DNA from: Macrostomum lignano
Lineage: Eukaryota
NCBI GenBank assembly: GCA_002269645.1
Contig: NIVC01000337.1
Location: forward strand, 1 to 64,000
DNA: 64,000 nucleotides
Direction: 5' to 3'
Shown one piece after another: positions 58,151-64,000 of this stretch. Position 1 is the first letter of the stretch. The number at the start of each line of letters is the position of its first letter. The position numbers and the translations under genes are program-made. The notes under the pieces are model-generated. The model did no database searches and was not told the origin of the DNA. It saw nothing but the letters and a program-made list of their open reading frames with translations.

Positions 58151-61100
58151 CTAACTGTGCACCCAGCCAAAGCTCTGTCCAACCCGGATCTTCTGTCCAG
58201 CCGTGGCAGCGAATTGAAACTGTTCGGGCGCCTCAAACACCAGCACGACGGTGCTGCCCAGGTTGAACTGGCCGAACGGCTCGCCTTTGCCGAAGCGCGG
58301 ATTCGGCTGGAGGCGTCGGTCAGCAAAGCCGGCCGGCCCGGCCTGTTTGGCGCCGCGGTTGGTTGCCAGCTCCTGTGGGAGCAGAGAAGAGAGTTCTCAG
58401 CTACATGGGACTAAGACCTGACTGAGTAGCGGATCGCGGTCTCCTAGATCGTCCCATCCGGGATGCTTGTCGAGACGATTTGCAGGGTTAATTTAACCAC
58501 CCAAAGCACCAAGTGTGCACTAAGTAACCCGTACAGCAGTCCGACGTCTAGCCGACGTATGACGTCTTTATCAGTGGATGTATAGATAATTGCTGTACGG
58601 GTAACGACCACTAGATATTACCTCCTTAATCAGAACATTCAAAGTAAAATTATTTGAGTTCACAACTTCGAAATTTACTGAAACTTTGGACCTGTTTGTA
58701 CGCGTTAAATGATAATTTTTGACAGACTTTTTCTACAAAATTTTGTCCTCAAACAAGACTTAATATCTAACAATTGATTAGCAAATGCAAATTCATTTTT
58801 TACTGTGGTATCGAAAGTCACTAGGCTACTGAAGCCTGACTGTGTAAATGGATTTTATACTGTTCTAAGGTGCTGAGAAGGTGCTGAAGTGCAGTGAGTT
58901 GTCAAGGAAGTGGTACTCAGATTCCCTGAAACAGCTAACCTACCTGATGGCATTTAGTATGTCACGTTGAAGACATCCCTCCCCGCGACTCTTACCGGAT
59001 CGCAGGCGACGCTGATGGACCCGACGCCAGTGGCTCCGACAGCCGTCATGCTGAAGAAGCCGTGGCGCCACTCGCCGACAAAAACCGCCCGCTCGTTGAC
59101 GCAGAACAGGCCGGCCACGCACGCGGCCACGGGCGGCGCCACGGACAGCAGGCGGCCGGGGAAGTGGCGCCTGGCCAGCACCAGCCAGTCGGCCGGTGAG
59201 TGAAACCGGTGATAGTCACCCGGTGCTAGGTAGATCGTGCAGTGGAACAGCTGCGTACCGGGCAGGCGGCGCAGGCCTTCCAAGTAGGGACCGTCGCTAC
59301 TCGACGCTTTATGGTTGCTAGGCAGAGTCTGGTTTTTGTCGAATTCGCCAATCGGCTGGGGACCAAGGAAACCCTGCGGTGGTTGGCAGGTGGTTGGCAG
59401 GTGGTTTTGTGGCATTTGCACTGGCGATTGGAGCTAGAAATGGTATTTCATAGCTAGTCATGTCCATTCCTACGCCACGCACTCAGACAGGGTGCACAGC
59501 GAACCCGACTTTCTAATTGTCAGACATACATACTGTCGGTGCCTTGGGGGTTGATCCTACGTACAGGTCCCACACTACCCCAATAGGCCTCTTGAAGTTG
59601 TCATTGTTAACTGAATTTCTGGCATCAGAGACCAATCCGTGATCCAAGTTTTAGCATCCGGAAAATCGAGGACGAACCACCTGTTGCACAGTATTGCTCA
59701 AACAAACATTAGTGCCACGTTCGACTACTAATTAGTAGAAATTAGTTTGATAAAGTCCCGGTTTGGCGAGCCAAAGGGGTGAAACAGTGCCGGTTAACAG
59801 CCCTCCCGACCTTCAAAGATAAGGGACTTGTAGGCGGGTAGAGAAGGATTAACGAGCACCAGAACTCTTAAAGTGTACATTGAGAACCAGGTGTTTAAAC
59901 TACAGAACAGAACGGCATTAACAGATATAACAGGCCTAATTCAGCTCACCTGTAAGCTGTAGGTGATGCCCTTCACCTGCTCCAGGTGACCGGCATAAAC
60001 CCGGCCCAGGCTGAGCACCCGGCCGTCGGCGGGGGACACCAGGTCACTCGTCGGGCACACCGGTCGAAGGCCCGGCCGGAGGCTGCGAGAGAAAAACTCG
60101 GCCAAGCTGTTGAAATCCGCCAGGCCCTGACAGTCGGCCTCGGTCAGGTCGCAGCTGCAGAGACGGCTGTACAGCCGGTAGACTGGGGCGCGGGCCAGCC
60201 GGGGCAGCGGGCGGCTGTGACAGCGGCCCCAGGCACGGGAGATGAAGTTCAGAGGCAGCGGCAGGCGGCAGTAGGCCTGAGGGTGGGCAGAGGGGCGGAC
60301 CAGCTGGCTGAGGGAGTGGCTACCCAACTGGGTGAGGGAGTGGCTACCCAACTGAGTGAGGGAGTGGCTACCCAACTGAGTGAGGGAGTGGCTACCCAAC
60401 TGAGTGAGGGAGTGGCTACCCAACTGAGTGAGGGAGTGGCTACCCAACTGAGTGAGGGAGTGGCTACCCAACTGAGTGAGGGAGTGGCTACCCAACTGAG
60501 TGAGGGAGTGGCTACCCAACTGAGTGAGGGAGTGGCTACCCAACTGAGTGAGGGAGTGGCTACCCAACTGAGTGAGGGAGTGGCTACCCAACTGAGTGAG
60601 GGAGTGGCTACCCAACTGGGTAGATGAGAGGCAGCTGACTGATCCGTTGATCCATAAAGTGCAAGGAAAGGTTGACGCAAATGAGTGAACTACTTAAAGA
60701 TCAGTGGAAATTTCTCATACAAATTGTTTGCACTAAAAAGCTGCTGATATCTCTTTGAGTTTGCAGCCCCCCATGCAGTCCTGGCTGCCCCACCCAGTCT
60801 TATCTCCTCACGATAACAGCCCGCAATTAATCGGGCAAGTTTAAAACATTTTTCAGCATTTCAAAGGTCGGTGGAAAATTACAGAGTTTCCGGAACCGGT
60901 CACGCAACCAGTTGGTGAACCAGTTGGCCGGTTGTTCAAACTGGATTGGCTCAGACAAAGCCTGCAGCTCTGGCCCCCCAGAGCAAACCAGAATTCGACA
61001 AGTCAGCTGAGGTAGATTCGAACTCCAATAGCGACTTAGCAAGGCTGAAAACACAATCTTTTTAAGGCAGGTAAAAATTTCAACATTTTTCGCTAGCAGT

Positions 61101-61788
61101 GAGAGGGGTGAGCGAAGCACCGCCTCGAAGCGAACTTTATGAGCCGAACATGCCCTCGGATTTCGGCGCTGAGACAGGCGGCAGACCGCTCGTTTCACTC
61201 GTACTGCCCCCCCCCCACTGACCCTCTCTCACTGACCCCCCTCACTGACCCCCCTCTCACTGACCCCTCTCCCCGACTCCGCCCTCGCTGACTCTCCTAG
61301 CTCGTATTTCTGACTCCAGTTCACTGACTCATCATTTATTCAATGGCATCCGTGAGATGAGCTTGGGGGAAATTGCTGAGATCTCAAAGGCGAATGAGAT
61401 TCGCTTATTGGCCGCCCCGAAGGGGGGTACCAGACTGCTGGTCTGTTTTGCTAAATCGGTAATCAATGTACGAGCTATTACATGTAGGTAACAATGCAAC
61501 TTAATAATGAGCCACGCTCCATTGTCACCTTGATTGTTAAGAATTTCAACAAGTATTTCAACAAAGATTTCCTGATATATCGATTCTGACACCGGGCTGT
61601 TGACTCACCCTGATGAGGCAGGTCCGCAGAGCCATCCAGCTGCCAACAACGGCAGCCAGGAGGTGCAGCAGGGCGAGCAGCGGCAGCAGCTGCCAGCCCG
61701 AGACCGCCGCACCGTCAGAGCAGATGGTGGCAACCACGATGGCGCTGGCAATGAGGGTTCGCTTGCGGCACTGCGACAGGCGCATCAT
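58151..61788 (-). CDS. PISD: Phosphatidylserine decarboxylase proenzyme
   Basis: Exons 61788-61609 (start tentative), 60276-59950 (ISRAWG...[12 protein letters not shown]...VSPADG...VKGITYSLQ), 59373-58996 (GFLGP...[14 protein letters not shown]...NERAV...VGATGVGSI) and 58372-58151 ([16 protein letters not shown], the LGST autocleavage site). Confidence 0.92.
60310..60620. repeat. 24-bp minisatellite just upstream of the PISD exon 2 acceptor
   Basis: Unit GAGGGAGTGGCTACCCAACTGAGT, 13 copies. Confidence 0.96.
61415..61442 (+). mobile_element. Candidate Helitron 3' terminus
   Basis: CCCCCGAAGGGGGG-N-TGCTGG|T mirrors the 3' end at 31497-31525; 5' end not found. Confidence 0.4.
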
Positions 61789-62151
61789 CCTTAGTTGTAT
61801 TAAAGTACAATGGGAACTTTCCGAATAAAAACTTTGCCGACGAAGCTTCTGAGCGACTTCAGGTCTCAGTCTCACCAGCTTGAGGTTGTGCCACTCTCAC
61901 TAATACTAGTTTTGTATGCGATTTTTGTAAACAATTCTTATCTGTTCTGCAGCTGAGCTCGAGGCTGGGGTTGCCCGAACGCCAAGAGGCTTCATATTGG
62001 CTGATCTTCGAATTTGGGTAGTGCTTCAACAGAACTGCGCAGGGACCCAGTTAGGCGCTTAATAGGAGAGTGGTTTAGCAAGTTCTGCCAAACTCAAGTT
62101 ACTGTTGCAGACCTGAGCTGGTCTTGCTGACCCCGTGAAACATTTGCAATG

Positions 62152-62520
62152 ACCTCCCTCACACTGACCTCCCTCACTCTGACCTCCCTCACTCTGACCT
62201 CCCTCACTCTGACCTCCCTCACTCTGACCTCCCTCACTCTGACCTCCCTCACTCTGACCTCCCTCACTCTGACCTCTCTCACTCTGACCTCCCTCACTCT
62301 GACCTCCCTCACTCTGACCTCCCTCACTCTGACCTCCCTCACTCTGACCTCCATCATCCTGACCTCCCTCACTCTGTACCTCCCTCACTCTGACCTCCAT
62401 CATCCTGACCTCCCTCACTCTGTACCTCCCTCACTCTGATCTCCATCATCCTGACCTCCCTCACTCTGTACCTCCCTCACTCTGATCTCCATCATCCTGA
62501 CCTCCCTCACTCTGGACCTC
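62152..62520. repeat. 15-bp minisatellite (inverted copy of 55980-56744)
   Basis: Unit ACTCTGACCTCCCTC. Confidence 0.95.
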
Positions 62521-62881
62521 CCTTAAATTTTAAACTTGAAAAAATGTAAGCTTCAATTGCTGGAAAAATCGTGTGTGATTATTAATGAAGTAAAAGAAGC
62601 TTTACACAAACCCTTTTTGTTTCCGTAGCAGATCAGATGTTTTTACTTAAAACTGGCATATCGCGGTACTAATCAAGTGCGGGCCAGACCGAAACAAATC
62701 AATAAGGTTGGCTATTAGCAGTTTGCACCTGGCAAAATGCAGCCACACCTACTGGTAAATAAGACGAAGTGGTAAATTCCAGTTAATTTGAGATTTTCTC
62801 AGCACATCTGAATGTTCACCTGGCACCAAGGCTCTGTTGCAGGTGCTCGGGGTTGCATAATCAACCTATCGTGTTCTCTTC

Positions 62882-62901
62882 AAATTCCGCATAAATAACC
62901 G
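62882..62901 (+). promoter_or_regulatory. Conserved TATA-like promoter element
   Basis: AAATTCCGCATAAATAACCG is identical in both paralogues although the flanks have diverged; about 90 bp upstream of the ATG. Confidence 0.5.
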
Positions 62902-62992
62902 GTATGCTTCATGGCTCAGAACTCTCAGAACGCCCAGAACTCTCAGATAGCGTTTTGCTAACTGCCAAAACAATTTGCTTCAAGCAAACAGA

Positions 62993-63661
62993 ATGGCGAC
63001 AAACTCATCCAGGCGTCTTCTTCTTGCGGCCACTGCGGCGCTTCTGTGCGCCATCGCGGCTTCCAGTCTGCCTGATGGCTCCAGTAACGGCTCCACGAAG
63101 GACGGACAACGCTGGAACAAGGGCGGAGACCGCTGGAAGAAGGGCGGTGACGGCTGGAACAAGGGCGGAGACCGCTGGAACAAGGGCGGAGACCGCTGGA
63201 ACAAGGGCGGAGATCGCTGGAACAAGGGCGGAGATCGCTGGAACAAGGGCGGAGACCGCTGGAACAAGGGCGGAGACCGCTGGAACAAGGGCGGAGACCG
63301 CTGGAACAAGGGCGGAGACCGTTGGAACAAGGGCGGAAACCGTTGGAACAAGGGCGGAGACCGCTGGAACAAGGGCGGAGACCGCTGGAACAAGGGCGGA
63401 GACCGTTGGAACAAGGGCGGAGACCGCTGGAACAAGGGCGGAGACCGCTGGAGCAAGGGCGGAGACCGCTGGAACAAGAGCGGAGACCGCTGGAACAAGA
63501 GCGGAGACCGCTGGAACAAGGGCGGAGACCGCTGGAACAAGGGCGGAGACCGCTGGAACAAGGGCGGAGACCGCTGGAACAAGGGCGGTGACGGCTGGAA
63601 GAAGGGCGGAGACCGCTGGAACAAGGGCGGTGACGGCCGGAAGAAGGGGGGAGATTATTGA
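62993..63661 (+). CDS. Putative secreted protein with about 26 GGDRWNK heptad repeats (222 aa, single exon)
   Basis: ATG 62993; hydrophobic signal peptide LLLAATAALLCAIAAS; 21-bp repeats; TGA 63659-63661; AATAAA near 63767 and 63813. Several unit variants are synonymous in this frame (GGA/GGT, GAC/GAT, CGC/CGT). Confidence 0.72.
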   Translation: MATNSSRRLLLAATAALLCAIAASSLPDGSSNGSTKDGQRWNKGGDRWKKGGDGWNKGGDRWNKGGDRWNKGGDRWNKGGDRWNKGGDRWNKGGDRWNKGGDRWNKGGDRWNKGGNRWNKGGDRWNKGGDRWNKGGDRWNKGGDRWNKGGDRWSKGGDRWNKSGDRWNKSGDRWNKGGDRWNKGGDRWNKGGDRWNKGGDGWKKGGDRWNKGGDGRKKGGDY

Positions 63662-63856
63662 ACCCTTTGCTATTCAATTATTTGGTGCTCTGCTCCTTGA
63701 ACTCCTTCTCCCACAATGGGAAATGAAATCTGAGCCTTTGTGTTTTCTCTTTTATTGACTTGACCAATAAATCTGCAGTGTTACTTTGGTGGTACTTTGT
63801 GAGTAGTTTTATAATAAAATTGTTCACCCTGTGTTTTCGCAAACATTCTTTCAACC

Positions 63857-64000
<144 letters not shown>

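Noticed and set aside
58527-58602. 12-bp inverted repeat ACCCGTACAGCA around a 76-bp segment
   Set aside because: Possibly a tiny MITE relic, but flanks are not a clean TTAA or TA duplication.
62993-63661. RWamide neuropeptide precursor
   Set aside because: Amidation needs Trp-Gly followed by basic residues; here RW is followed by NK and there are almost no dibasic sites.
55335-63830. Inverted arms as TIRs of a giant transposon carrying PISD
   Set aside because: The arms are visibly diverged gene duplicates with no sharp identical ends and no TSD found.

Overview
Eukaryotic (animal) genomic DNA. GC-rich, poly-Ala-prone exons and minisatellite-filled introns resemble a free-living flatworm such as Macrostomum, but this is inference only. 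Host genes reconstructed by hand with GT-AG junctions: a Scratch-type C2H2 factor (+), a DYRK1/minibrain kinase (-), GGA adaptor (-, 6 coding exons over 17 kb) and phosphatidylserine decarboxylase PISD (-). There is also a frameshifted fibrinogen-domain gene (-). Two inverted paralogues encode a signal peptide plus 21-bp repeats and flank PISD: the intact copy encodes about 26 GGDRWNK heptads, the other is frameshifted. Mobile DNA: a young full-length Ty3/Gypsy element (194-bp LTRs, GTAAC TSD), an RTE-like LINE inserted (10-bp TSD) into an old PHD-ORF1 LINE, an internally deleted Helitron carrying an OTU protease, a 3.8-kb TIR element with a 4-bp TSD, a hAT MITE with an 8-bp TSD, and small LINE fragments. 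About 20 micro/minisatellite arrays explain most long ORFs in the track. Most notable: the unassigned GGDRWNK secreted-protein pair, and intronic minisatellites that multiply splice sites or keep reading frames open in DYRK1, PISD and GGA.
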